Shown one piece after another: positions 26,387-39,603 of a DNA stretch of 64,000 bases. Numbering within the stretch: the first letter of the stretch is position 1; each line of letters begins with the position of its first letter. The stretch lies in assembly GCA_963772875.1 (NCBI GenBank), contig CAVYZE010000014.1, positions 263,977-327,976 on the forward strand, given 5' to 3'. Below the pieces are notes generated by a model. That model was given only the letters and a program-made list of their open reading frames with translations, was not told where the DNA came from and did not search any database. Source of the stretch: an uncultured Actinomycetota bacterium. Lineage in GTDB: Bacteria; Actinomycetota; Actinomycetes; Mycobacteriales; Mycobacteriaceae. The translations under genes were made by a program, and so were the position numbers.

Positions 26387-27215
26387 AAGGGTGGGCGCGC
26401 GGCGCGTCACGATCTGGGCCGTCATCGACACAGTGGTCGTGGTGTATACGGGTCTTCCGGTGCTGTGGATTCTGAGCCTGTCACTCAAACCCACGTCAAC
26501 AGTCAAGGACGGCAAGCTGATTCCGTCGTCGGTGACGTTGGACAACTACCGCGGCATCTTCCGGGGCGACTTGTTCAGCTCGGCGCTGATCAACTCGATC
26601 GGGATCGGGTTGATCACCACGGCGATCGCGGTCGTGTTCGGCGCGATGGCGGCGTACGCGATCGCCCGGCTGGATTTTCCGGGCAAGCGGCTGCTCATCG
26701 GTGCCACCCTGCTGATCACGATGTTCCCGGCGATCTCGCTCGTCACGCCGTTGTTCAACATCGAACGCTTCATCGGCCTCTTCGACACCTGGCCGGGGTT
26801 GATCCTGCCGTACATCACCTTCGCGTTGCCGCTTTCCATCTACACGTTGTCGGCGTTTTTCCGGGAGGTTCCGTGGGATCTGGAGAAGGCGGCCAAAATG
26901 GACGGGGCCACGCCGAGCCAGGCTTTCCGCAAAGTGATCGTCCCGCTTGCGGCGCCCGGACTGGTGACCACGGCGATCCTGGTCTTCATATTCGCCTGGA
27001 ACGACCTGCTGCTTGCGCTGACGCTGACCGCCACCAAGGCGGCGATCACCGCGCCGGTGGCGATCGCGAACTTTTCCGGCAGTTCGCAGTTTGAGGAACC
27101 AACCGGATCGATCGCGGCCGGCGCCATCGTGATTACGGTCCCGATAATCGTCTTTGTTTTAATCTTTCAACGACGAATTGTCGCCGGGCTGACCTCGGGC
27201 GCTGTGAAGGGATAA
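26376..27215 (+). CDS. sugB: sugar ABC permease SugB
   Basis: [13 protein letters not shown] loop, FAWND, ends GLTSGAVKG. Confidence 0.93.
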
Positions 27216-27219
27216 CTCG

Positions 27220-28398
27220 ATGGCCGAGATCGTGTTGGAGCACGTCAATAAGTGCTACCCCGATGGCGCGACGGCGGTGCAAGACCTGAACATCACCATC
27301 GCCGACGGCGAATTCCTGATCCTGGTTGGGCCTTCCGGCTGCGGTAAGACCACCACACTGAATATGATTGCCGGACTTGAGGATATCTCGTCAGGAGAGC
27401 TGCGCATCGGTGGCGAACGGATGAACGAGAGGGCGCCCAAGGACCGCGATATCGCGATGGTGTTCCAGTCGTATGCTCTTTACCCGCACATGACGGTGCG
27501 GCAGAACATCGCGTTTCCGCTGACCCTGGCAAAGATGAAGAAGTCCGATATCAGGCAGAAGGTGGAGGAGACCGCCAAAATCCTTGACCTGACCGAACTT
27601 CTGGACCGCAAGCCCTCGCAGCTGTCGGGTGGGCAGCGGCAGCGGGTCGCGATGGGCCGGGCGATCGTGCGCCATCCCAAAGCGTTCCTGATGGACGAGC
27701 CGCTGTCCAACCTGGATGCCAAACTGCGGGTGCAGATGCGCGGCGAGATCGCCCGGCTGCAGCACAGGCTGGGCACCACCACCGTCTACGTCACCCACGA
27801 TCAGACCGAGGCCATGACGCTCGGAGACCGCGTGGTGGTGATGCACGGTGGGATTACCCAGCAAATCGGCACCCCCGACGAGCTCTACGAGCGTCCCACC
27901 AACCTCTTCGTCGCGGGGTTCATCGGCTCGCCGGCGATGAACTTCTTCCCCGCCACCCTGAATTCCATCGGACTCAAGCTGCCCTTCGGCGAAGTGACGC
28001 TCGCGCCCGAGGTGCAGGAGGTGATCGCGCAGCACCCGCAACCGGACAACATCATCGTCGGGGTGCGGCCGGAGCACCTGGCCGACGCCGCGTTGATCGA
28101 CGGCTACCAGCGCATCAGGGCGCTGTCCTTCGAGGTGAAGGTCGAGCTTGTCGAATCGCTGGGTGCGGACAAATACGTGTACTTCACCACCGCGGGTTGC
28201 ACTGTGCACGCGGTTCAGTTGGACGAACTGGCCGCGGATTCGGACTGGCATGAAAACCAGTTTGTCGCAAGGGTTCCCGCCGAGTCGAAGGCGCACATCG
28301 GGCAGTCGATCGAGTTGGCCTTCGACACCACCAAACTCGCGGTTTTCGACGCGGACTCCGGGTTGAACCTGACCATCGCGCCGCCTGACGGGCAGTGA
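27220..28398 (+). CDS. sugC: sugar ABC ATPase SugC
   Basis: GPSGCGKT, LSGGQRQRVAMGR, DEPLSNLDAKLR, YVTHDQ. Confidence 0.96.
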   Translation: MAEIVLEHVNKCYPDGATAVQDLNITIADGEFLILVGPSGCGKTTTLNMIAGLEDISSGELRIGGERMNERAPKDRDIAMVFQSYALYPHMTVRQNIAFPLTLAKMKKSDIRQKVEETAKILDLTELLDRKPSQLSGGQRQRVAMGRAIVRHPKAFLMDEPLSNLDAKLRVQMRGEIARLQHRLGTTTVYVTHDQTEAMTLGDRVVVMHGGITQQIGTPDELYERPTNLFVAGFIGSPAMNFFPATLNSIGLKLPFGEVTLAPEVQEVIAQHPQPDNIIVGVRPEHLADAALIDGYQRIRALSFEVKVELVESLGADKYVYFTTAGCTVHAVQLDELAADSDWHENQFVARVPAESKAHIGQSIELAFDTTKLAVFDADSGLNLTIAPPDGQ

Positions 28399-29012
28399 CA
28401 CAGACCCTGGACCAGGTGCGCGCACACCTGCTCAGGCACTTCGCTGAGGCGGGTATCTCGGCGGAGCCCGACTCTGCCAGCGTGACGTTCCTGGGTGCTG
28501 AACCCAGTGAGGTACTGCGATTTCGTTGCGGGACAGATGGATTGGTGTATTACGCGTCGCTGGGGTGCTCGCGGCATCCGATGACCGATCCGACGCAGAT
28601 CGTCGCCGACCGGCTGCGCGGCCCGCGCGCCGAAGTCACGCTTTGTCTGCGAGATCCCGGGCCGGCGACCGGGATTGCCCGCAGCATGGCAATACTGGCG
28701 GCCGCGCCGGCCGTCGACGGTGTGGTGCTGGCCGCCGACGCGCTGATCGACCTCGGCTCGCCGCTGTGGGCACGGCCGTCGGGGCGGGTGCCATTCACGG
28801 CGATGTTGTTGGGCCGCAGCGACATCCCTGATCTGCCGCTGGAGCACCCGCGCGACCCGGTGAAGTTCCTATCGGCGACCCCGATCACCGCGACCGAGGC
28901 GGCCTGGGTGCGACTCAAGGGTGCCGAGGCGATGCGACAGGCATGGCGCAACGACGGGGTCGACGTGCTGGATCCGAATCGCCGGGCGGTACAACCCGAC
29001 TCGTTGCGCTAA
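28395..29012 (+). CDS. suppressor-of-fused (SUFU)-like domain protein
   Basis: YASLGCSRHPM, RAEV, and PITATEAAWVRLKGAEA motifs resemble bacterial SUFU-domain proteins; GTGA overlap with the sugC stop. Confidence 0.7.
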   Translation: MTQTLDQVRAHLLRHFAEAGISAEPDSASVTFLGAEPSEVLRFRCGTDGLVYYASLGCSRHPMTDPTQIVADRLRGPRAEVTLCLRDPGPATGIARSMAILAAAPAVDGVVLAADALIDLGSPLWARPSGRVPFTAMLLGRSDIPDLPLEHPRDPVKFLSATPITATEAAWVRLKGAEAMRQAWRNDGVDVLDPNRRAVQPDSLR

Positions 29013-29165
29013 TGTCATCGACTGTGCGCAGGGGGCGTTGACCGTGCGCGTAGGGCGGCCGACTCGCGACATTTCCGCCGCTACCGCACGCTCGACGCCG
29101 CTACCGCATGCTCGACGCCGCTACCGCACACTCGCCGGGCGGCACAACCCGACTCGTTGCGCTAA
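28981..29165. repeat. 32-bp direct repeat (28981-29012 and 29134-29165) enclosing 3 x 20-bp tandem repeat (29077-29136)
   Basis: gccgggcgg(t/c)acaacccgactcgttgcgctaa occurs twice, 153 bp apart; gccgctaccgca(cg/tg/ca)ctcg(a/c)c occurs three times. Confidence 0.9.
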
Positions 29166-30271
29166 AGCCAATTGTTGCGTCGGAATTGGAAGTACAGCAG
29201 CAGGCAGAACATCGACATCAGGGCCATGATCCCCGGATAACCCCACGTCCAGTCCAGCTCGGGCATGAAATGGAAGTTCATCCCGTAGATGGCGGCGACC
29301 ATGGTGGGCACCGCCAAGATGCCGGCCCAGGCCGCCATCTTGCGCATGTCGTTGTTCTGCTGCATGCCGACGCGGGCCAACGCGGCCTGGATCAGCGAGT
29401 TGAGCATGTCGTCGTAGCCGGCGATCTGGTCGGCGGCCTCGCTTTGGTGGTCGGCGACGTCGCGCAGGTAGCGCCGCACCTCTTTGGAGATCAGGTCCTT
29501 GTTGTCCATCTGCATTCGCTGGAATGCGCCGGACAACGGGTCCACGCACCGACGCAGTTCGACGACTTCGCGTTTGAGCAGGTAAACAGGCTCGACATCG
29601 AGCTTGCGGCCGGGGCCGAATGCCACTTCCTGAATGGTGTCGATGTCGTGCTCCATCAGACGGGCCACCGCGAGATAGTGGTCCACCACCTCGTCGGCGA
29701 TGGCATGCATGACCGCGTACGGACCCAGCCGCAACTGCTCGGGGTTTGCCTCCATCCGCTTGCGCACGTCGGACAGTCCGCCATGCTCCCCATGGCGGAC
29801 CGTGACGACGAAATCCTTGCCGACGAAGATCATGACCTCGCCGCTTTGGACGATCTCGCGGGCCAGCACCACCGAGTCGTGCGGGACGTAGTTGACGGTC
29901 TTCAGGACAAGAAAGACCATGTCGTCGTAGCGCTCCAGCTTGGGCCGTTGATGCGCGTGCACCGCATCCTCAACGGTCAGTGAGTGCAGCCCGAAAACGT
30001 CCGCGACATCCTGCATCTGGGTCGCGTCGGGCTCGTGCAAGCCCACCCAGACGTACGCCTCGTGCCCGAGCAGTTCGACCTGTCGCACCTTGTTCAGCGC
30101 GGTGGCGCAGGAGTACTCGCCGGGCAGGCGGTGGCCTTCGGCATAGACGGCACAGTCGACCAAACACGGGTGCTGCGGGGGGTCGACGGGGTGTTCGTGC
30201 GGGTCGTGTGCGAGCGGTCGAAGCGCTTCGGGCAATGCGTCAAATCCTTGGTACACATCCACCTCCGTCAC
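29162..30271 (-). CDS. corA: magnesium/cobalt transporter CorA
   Basis: YGMNF signature, MPELDW, HQRPKLE. Confidence 0.96.
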   Translation of the reverse strand: MTEVDVYQGFDALPEALRPLAHDPHEHPVDPPQHPCLVDCAVYAEGHRLPGEYSCATALNKVRQVELLGHEAYVWVGLHEPDATQMQDVADVFGLHSLTVEDAVHAHQRPKLERYDDMVFLVLKTVNYVPHDSVVLAREIVQSGEVMIFVGKDFVVTVRHGEHGGLSDVRKRMEANPEQLRLGPYAVMHAIADEVVDHYLAVARLMEHDIDTIQEVAFGPGRKLDVEPVYLLKREVVELRRCVDPLSGAFQRMQMDNKDLISKEVRRYLRDVADHQSEAADQIAGYDDMLNSLIQAALARVGMQQNNDMRKMAAWAGILAVPTMVAAIYGMNFHFMPELDWTWGYPGIMALMSMFCLLLYFQFRRNNWL

Positions 30272-30446
30272 AGCGCAGGTCTTGCCGTTTGCTGCTCAAA
30301 TGCTACGCGTCGCGGTTTGCCGGCGCGATCACCCGGGTGCGCGGAAAGCCCCGGCATTGGACCGGGGGTTCGGGGTTGAGGAAGGTGCGCTAGTTTCGAG
30401 CCGAAACCCAAATCCGCACGACCTTCTCCACAAGGAGTAAACCGAC

Positions 30447-31436
30447 GTGAGCGCAAGTCCTCTCAAGGTTGCCGTGACCGGCGCGGCCGGTCAGATCGGC
30501 TACAGCCTATTGTTCCGCCTGGCCAGTGGCTCGCTATTTGGGCCGGATCGCGCGATCGAGCTGCGCCTGCTCGAGATCGAGCCCGCGCTCAAGGCGCTCG
30601 AAGGTGTCGTCATGGAACTCGACGACTGCGCGTTCCCGCTGCTCGCGGGCGTCGAAATCGGCGCGGACCCGAACAAGATCTTCGACGGCGTCAACCTGGC
30701 CCTGCTCGTCGGCGCCCGGCCGCGCGGCCCCGGCATGGAGCGCGGCGATCTGCTGGAGGCCAACGGCGCGATCTTCACCGCGCAGGGCAAGGCCCTCAAC
30801 TCGGTCGCCGCGGACGACATCCGCATCGGTGTGACCGGCAACCCGGCCAACACCAACGCCCTGATCGCGATGACCAACGCACCCGACATCCCCAAAGAGC
30901 GGTTCTCCGCGCTGACCCGCCTGGACCACAACCGGGCGATCACGCAGTTGGCCAAGAAGGCCGGCGCCGAGGTCACCGACGTCAAGAAGATGACGATCTG
31001 GGGCAACCACTCGGCCACCCAGTACCCCGACGTGTTCCACGCCGAGGTCCGCGGCAAGAACGCCGCCGAGGTCGTCAACGACCAGGCGTGGATCGAGAAC
31101 GACTTCATCCCGACCGTCGCCAAGCGCGGCGCGGCGATCATCGATGCGCGCGGCGCATCGTCGGCGGCATCGGCCGCGTCGGCGACCGTCGACGCCGCTC
31201 GTGACTGGCTGCTGGGCAGCCCCGAAGGCAACTGGGTCTCGATGGCGGTCGTCTCCGACGGTTCCTACGGCGTGCCGGAGGGCCTGATCTCCTCGTTCCC
31301 GGTGACCACCAAAAACGGCAACTGGACGATCGTCAGCGGCCTGGAGATCGACGACTTCTCCCGCGCCCGCATCGACAAGACGACGGGGGAGCTGGCTGAC
31401 GAGCGCAAAGCGGTCACCGAGCTGGGTCTGATCTAG
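30447..31436 (+). CDS. mdh: malate dehydrogenase
   Basis: [43 protein letters not shown]; AAGGAG RBS. Confidence 0.97.
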   Translation: MSASPLKVAVTGAAGQIGYSLLFRLASGSLFGPDRAIELRLLEIEPALKALEGVVMELDDCAFPLLAGVEIGADPNKIFDGVNLALLVGARPRGPGMERGDLLEANGAIFTAQGKALNSVAADDIRIGVTGNPANTNALIAMTNAPDIPKERFSALTRLDHNRAITQLAKKAGAEVTDVKKMTIWGNHSATQYPDVFHAEVRGKNAAEVVNDQAWIENDFIPTVAKRGAAIIDARGASSAASAASATVDAARDWLLGSPEGNWVSMAVVSDGSYGVPEGLISSFPVTTKNGNWTIVSGLEIDDFSRARIDKTTGELADERKAVTELGLI

Positions 31437-31613
31437 CGTGGCGATCGCAAGCGCGGCGAGGCCGGGCGTAGCGGGTCGCCACTGAATCCCACGTGGCGAT
31501 CGCAAGCGCGGCGAGGCCGGGCGTAGCGGGTCGCCACTGAATCCCACGTGGTGATCGCAAGCGCGGCGAGGCCGGGCGTAGCGGGTCGCCACTAAATCTC
31601 ACGTGGCGATCGC
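31437..31613. repeat. 55-bp REP/MIRU-like tandem repeat, 3 full copies plus partial
   Basis: Unit cgtggcgatcgcaagcgcggcgaggccgggcgtagcgggtcgccactgaatccca at 31437, 31492, 31547; partial at 31602. Confidence 0.93.
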
Positions 31614-31654
31614 GAATTAGCCCTACTAACGAGTAGTTAAGTACCCTGAAGCAC

Positions 31655-32854
31655 GTGTCCGAATTGCTTGAATCGATCCAGACTAGCGCCAAGCAGGGTG
31701 CGATCACTGACGCGGAGATTTTCGAGGCACATCTAGGCGGCAAGCTCTCCGTAGGGCTGACGGCGCCGGTGGATACTCAGCGCTCATTGTCGATCGCCTA
31801 CACGCCGGGTGTGGCTCAGGTCAGCCGCGCGATCGCCGCCGATCACACGCTCGCCACGCGCTACACGTGGGCGAACCGGCTGGTTGCCGTCGTCAGCGAC
31901 GGCAGCGCCGTACTCGGGCTCGGCGACATCGGACCCGCGGCATCGCTGCCGGTGATGGAAGGCAAATGCGCGCTGTTCAAGGAGTTCGGTGGGCTGGATG
32001 CGATCCCGATCGTGCTGGACACCAAGGATCCCGACGAGATCGTGGAAACCCTGGTGCGGCTGCGGCCGACGTTCGGCGCGGTGAACCTCGAGGATATCTC
32101 GGCGCCGCGCTGCTTCGAGATAGAACGCCGTGTCATCGAAGCGCTGGACTGCCCGGTGATGCACGACGACCAGCACGGCACAGCAGTCGTGGTGCTTTCG
32201 GCGCTGATGGGCGCCAGCAAGGTACTCGGCCGTGACATGACATCGCTGAAGGTGGTCGTGTCAGGAGCGGGGGCCGCCGGCGTCGCATGCTCGAATCTCC
32301 TTCTCGCAATGGGTGTTTCAGATATCACCGTGCTCGATTCGCGTGGAATTCTGCACATCGGGCGCGACGGCATGAACCCCGTCAAAGCCGATTTGGCGCA
32401 GCGCACCAATCCCCGCGGTCTCAGCGGCGGCATGGTAGAAGCGCTCGATGGGGCCGACGTGTTCCTCGGGGTGTCGGCGGGCGTGGTTCCCGAAGAGCTG
32501 ATCGCCAGAATGGCACCCAACGGGGTCGTGTTCGCGCTGTCCAACCCCGATCCGGAGATCCATCCTCACGTCGCCGCCAAGTACGCCGCGGTGGTGGCCA
32601 CCGGCCGCAGCGACTTCCCCAACCAGATCAACAACGTGCTGGCATTCCCCGGGGTGTTCCGCGGTGCGCTGGACGCGGGGGCGCGCCGGATCACCGAAAA
32701 AATGATGGTCGCCGCGGCCGAGGCGATCTTCTCCGTCGTCAGTAGGGACCTCGCTCCCGACCGAATCGTCCCCAGCGCCCTGGACCTGCGCGTCGGGGAA
32801 GCGGTTGCCAAGGCGGTCGCCCTGGCCGCGGAAGTCTCCGACACCGCGGGGTGA
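31655..32854 (+). CDS. NAD(P)-dependent malic enzyme (short MaeB-N type)
   Basis: AYTPGVA, SDGSAVLGLG, VMEGK, NLEDI, HDDQHGT, SGAGAAG, LSNP, NNVLAFPG motifs. Confidence 0.93.
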   Translation: MSELLESIQTSAKQGAITDAEIFEAHLGGKLSVGLTAPVDTQRSLSIAYTPGVAQVSRAIAADHTLATRYTWANRLVAVVSDGSAVLGLGDIGPAASLPVMEGKCALFKEFGGLDAIPIVLDTKDPDEIVETLVRLRPTFGAVNLEDISAPRCFEIERRVIEALDCPVMHDDQHGTAVVVLSALMGASKVLGRDMTSLKVVVSGAGAAGVACSNLLLAMGVSDITVLDSRGILHIGRDGMNPVKADLAQRTNPRGLSGGMVEALDGADVFLGVSAGVVPEELIARMAPNGVVFALSNPDPEIHPHVAAKYAAVVATGRSDFPNQINNVLAFPGVFRGALDAGARRITEKMMVAAAEAIFSVVSRDLAPDRIVPSALDLRVGEAVAKAVALAAEVSDTAG

Positions 32855-33729
32855 GAACCGGCAGGCTGGCGGCACCGCTGCTCGCCGCCATGCTCGCCGT
32901 GGCCGGCTTGGCCGGTTGCGCGACCGGCACCGGCGACCAGCGGGCCCGCCCGGAATTGGTGGTCGGGTCACGGCCCGACCCCGAATCCGCGTTGCTCGCC
33001 GGCATTTACGTTGCGGCGCTGCGGTCCTACGGTTTCGGCGCGCGAGCCGACACCGCCGTCGACCCGATGGCGCAACTGGACTCGGGCGCGTTCACCGTCG
33101 TCCCCGCGTTCACCGGCCGCACGTTGCAGACCTTGCAGCCCGACGCGGTGGCGCTGTCCGACACCCAGGTCTACCGCGCCATGGTGTCCGCGCTGCCCGA
33201 GGGCGTCGCCGCCGGCGACTACACGACGGCCGCCGAAGACAAACCCGTGCTGCTGGTGACCCCATCCACCGCCAAGGCCTTCAGCGGCAGTGACGTCAGC
33301 GCCGACCTGAGCGCGTTGCCCAAACACTGCGACGGGCTGGTCGTCGGGGCCGTCCCCGGGCCCCATGCACCCGAGACGGTCGGCACGTGCCGGCTTTGGG
33401 CTCCGCGCGAATTCCCGGACGACGCCACAATGTTCGCAGCGCTATCGGCAGGACAGCTGACGGCGGCGTGGACCACCACCGCCGACCCCGGCATTCCCGC
33501 CGACCTGGTCGCGCTGGCCGACGGCAAACCCGCCCTGGTACGGGCCGAGAACGTGGTGCCGCTCTATCGGCGCAACGCGCTCAGCGATCGCCAGCTGCTG
33601 GCGATCAACGAGGTGGCCGGCGTGCTGGACACCGCGGCCCTGGCCGACATGCGCCGCCAAGTGGCCGGCGGCGCCGACCCGCAGGCCGTCGCCAGCGGAT
33701 GGTTGGGGGAACACCCGTTGGGCCGCTGA
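32851..33729 (+). CDS. lpqZ: OpuAC-type substrate-binding lipoprotein LpqZ
   Basis: Lipobox LAGC, AENVVPLYR; synteny with Rv1244. Confidence 0.85.
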   Translation: MRTGRLAAPLLAAMLAVAGLAGCATGTGDQRARPELVVGSRPDPESALLAGIYVAALRSYGFGARADTAVDPMAQLDSGAFTVVPAFTGRTLQTLQPDAVALSDTQVYRAMVSALPEGVAAGDYTTAAEDKPVLLVTPSTAKAFSGSDVSADLSALPKHCDGLVVGAVPGPHAPETVGTCRLWAPREFPDDATMFAALSAGQLTAAWTTTADPGIPADLVALADGKPALVRAENVVPLYRRNALSDRQLLAINEVAGVLDTAALADMRRQVAGGADPQAVASGWLGEHPLGR

Positions 33730-33732
33730 GGA

Positions 33733-34563
33733 TCAGTGTTTGGGAGGCATCAGGCGGCCCAGGACCATCGGGAACAGCCGCTGATATCCCGAACCCGTCA
33801 GCCGAACCAAGATGTCCAAGGCCTTGGCGTCCGGGCCGACCAGCACCCGAGCCCTGTTCTTGCGCACCGCGTCCAGGATGATCCGGGCGGCGCGTTCCGG
33901 ACTGGTACGTGCCATCCGCTTGTCGAAGAGTTTGGCCAGCTCGGCCTGGTCGAGCCCCTCGGCTACGCCCGCGTTGCGGGCGATCGCGGTCTTGATGCCG
34001 CCGGGGTGCACGGTCGTCACGCCCACCGGGTGACCGGACACGATCATTTCCTGGCGCAGCGCCTCCGTGAAGCCGCGGACGGCGAACTTGGCCGAGTTGT
34101 AGGCCGCCTGCCCAGGCACCGAGAACAACCCGAACACGCTTGAGACATTGATGACATGGCCGTCGCCGGAGGCGATCAGGTGCGGAAGGAAGGCCTTGGT
34201 GCCGTTGACCACACCCCAGAAATCGACGTCCATCACCCGTTCGATGTCCTTGAACTGGGTGACCTCGACGTCGCCGGAGAAGGCGATGCCGGCGTTGTTG
34301 TAGATCTGATTGACCTTGCCGAAGTGGTCGTTGACCGCATCGGCGTAGACCAGGAAGGCCTCGCGCTCGGTCACGTCGAGCCGGTCAACCTTGACCGGTG
34401 TACCGATCGCCTTCAACCGCTCCTCGGTTTGCGCGAGTCCTTCGATGTCAACGTCGCTTATCGCAAGCTTGGCGCCCGAGCGCGCCAGCTCGATCGCCAA
34501 GCCCTGGCCGATACCCGAACCGGCGCCCGTAACCACGGCGACCTTCCCGGCGAACCCCTCCAT
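33733..34563 (-). CDS. short-chain dehydrogenase (Rv1245c-like)
   Basis: TGAGSGIG, NNAG, YNSAK (YxxxK). Confidence 0.92.
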   Translation of the reverse strand: MEGFAGKVAVVTGAGSGIGQGLAIELARSGAKLAISDVDIEGLAQTEERLKAIGTPVKVDRLDVTEREAFLVYADAVNDHFGKVNQIYNNAGIAFSGDVEVTQFKDIERVMDVDFWGVVNGTKAFLPHLIASGDGHVINVSSVFGLFSVPGQAAYNSAKFAVRGFTEALRQEMIVSGHPVGVTTVHPGGIKTAIARNAGVAEGLDQAELAKLFDKRMARTSPERAARIILDAVRKNRARVLVGPDAKALDILVRLTGSGYQRLFPMVLGRLMPPKH

Positions 34564-34633
34564 GCGCCACCCCTCACTGTCGGTTGGTTTGCATCGAGGC
34601 TAACCGGTACCGGCGGTCCCCGATACCGGCGGG

Positions 34634-38365
<3,732 letters not shown>

Positions 38366-38551
38366 GGCCGCTGTTCGCCTCAATTCTCTCTAGTTCCAAG
38401 TCCTGCAACGCTATTGCCCGGCGCCTGCGACTTTCGCCCCGGTCGGCGGGGCGGCTCACATTCGCGGCGGACCTCGGCGTTCCCGCCCCATAAAGGCTAA
38501 CCCTTCGCCCGCGATTCGCGAGTGGGACCGGAAAAGCGGTGCAGGTCGGTT

Positions 38552-39337
38552 CTAGCCGGCTCCGTGGATCGTGGGCAACACGCGCAGGGCGCTCGGCCAG
38601 CGCGTGGGCGGGGGGCCGAATGCCTGGCGGGCGTTGCGGACGATCTTCTTGCCCACTAACCGGTTGCCGGTGCCGCCGATCACGGCACCGATGCCGACCG
38701 GCAGCATCTTGCCGAACATCAGGGCGCCGCGTCGCACCGTGTACCGCTTGACGAAGTACTTGAGCATCCGCGTGTTGAACCGCGCCAGCGTCGGCAAGGG
38801 TAGTGAGGCCATGCCCTCGGCCACCCAACCGCCGTTGGTGCGGGCCGGGCCGATCAGTTCGCCGATGGCACGTCTGCTGTCGTCTCCGACCAGGACGGAG
38901 AGCACCAAGGCGCGCCGCCGTTCCCGGTGGTCGGCCGGGATGTTGTACACCACGGCCTTGGCCAGCACGAACACGGCGGTGGCCTCGACGAAGAAGATGG
39001 TCTCCCCGGCGCCCGCCGACATCGCCGTCAGCGTCCCGATCCCGGGAAATGTCGCCGCCGAACCCACCGCGGCGCCGCTGGCTGTGAGCGCGGCCAGGTA
39101 GTGCCTTTCCAGCTTGGCGTCGATCTCGGCGGGGCTGGCGCTGGGGTGCGTCCGTCGCAGTCGGGCCACGTAGGCCGCTGCGGCCGGGGCCTGCATCCGT
39201 GAGCTGCGCTCAATGACCTGGGCCAATGCCCGCGTGGACGCCTTGGGGCGGCCGGCCGTGGGCTCGGATTCCGGCTGCGACATATTCGAATACCTGTTCG
39301 AAGGCCTGTTCTGAGACCTGTTCTGTCGGACGCGCAT
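38552..39337 (-). CDS. conserved membrane protein (Rv1249c-like)
   Basis: Hydrophobic segments, GAAVGSAATFPG, GKMLPVGIGAVIGG; position between kgd and the MFS gene. Confidence 0.75.
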   Translation of the reverse strand: MRVRQNRSQNRPSNRYSNMSQPESEPTAGRPKASTRALAQVIERSSRMQAPAAAAYVARLRRTHPSASPAEIDAKLERHYLAALTASGAAVGSAATFPGIGTLTAMSAGAGETIFFVEATAVFVLAKAVVYNIPADHRERRRALVLSVLVGDDSRRAIGELIGPARTNGGWVAEGMASLPLPTLARFNTRMLKYFVKRYTVRRGALMFGKMLPVGIGAVIGGTGNRLVGKKIVRNARQAFGPPPTRWPSALRVLPTIHGAG

Positions 39338-39603
39338 AGTGCCTCTCTTGCGAACGGCGTCCCTTCAGGCTAGCTTGCCCGCGTGAAAACGCGGGCCGAG
39401 CAGGTTATCCACGCCGCATCGGATCCGGGGCTACGCAGCCGAGGGCCCGGCGCGGAATAATGCACGCTGGAAGAGATCGGTGACGATCCGGGGTTCCTAG
39501 GGGTGGGCACTTTCCAGCGCGCGCTGTATCGCCTGTGGGGGTGGGCCGGTCGAGACCGGATAGGGCACTACATCAGCGTCGGGAGCTGAAACGAGGTGGG
39601 TAG

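Noticed and set aside
31437-31613. Regularly spaced repeats as a CRISPR array
   Set aside because: Units are contiguous with no unique spacers and there are no cas genes; the same holds for 45828-45970 and 29077-29136.
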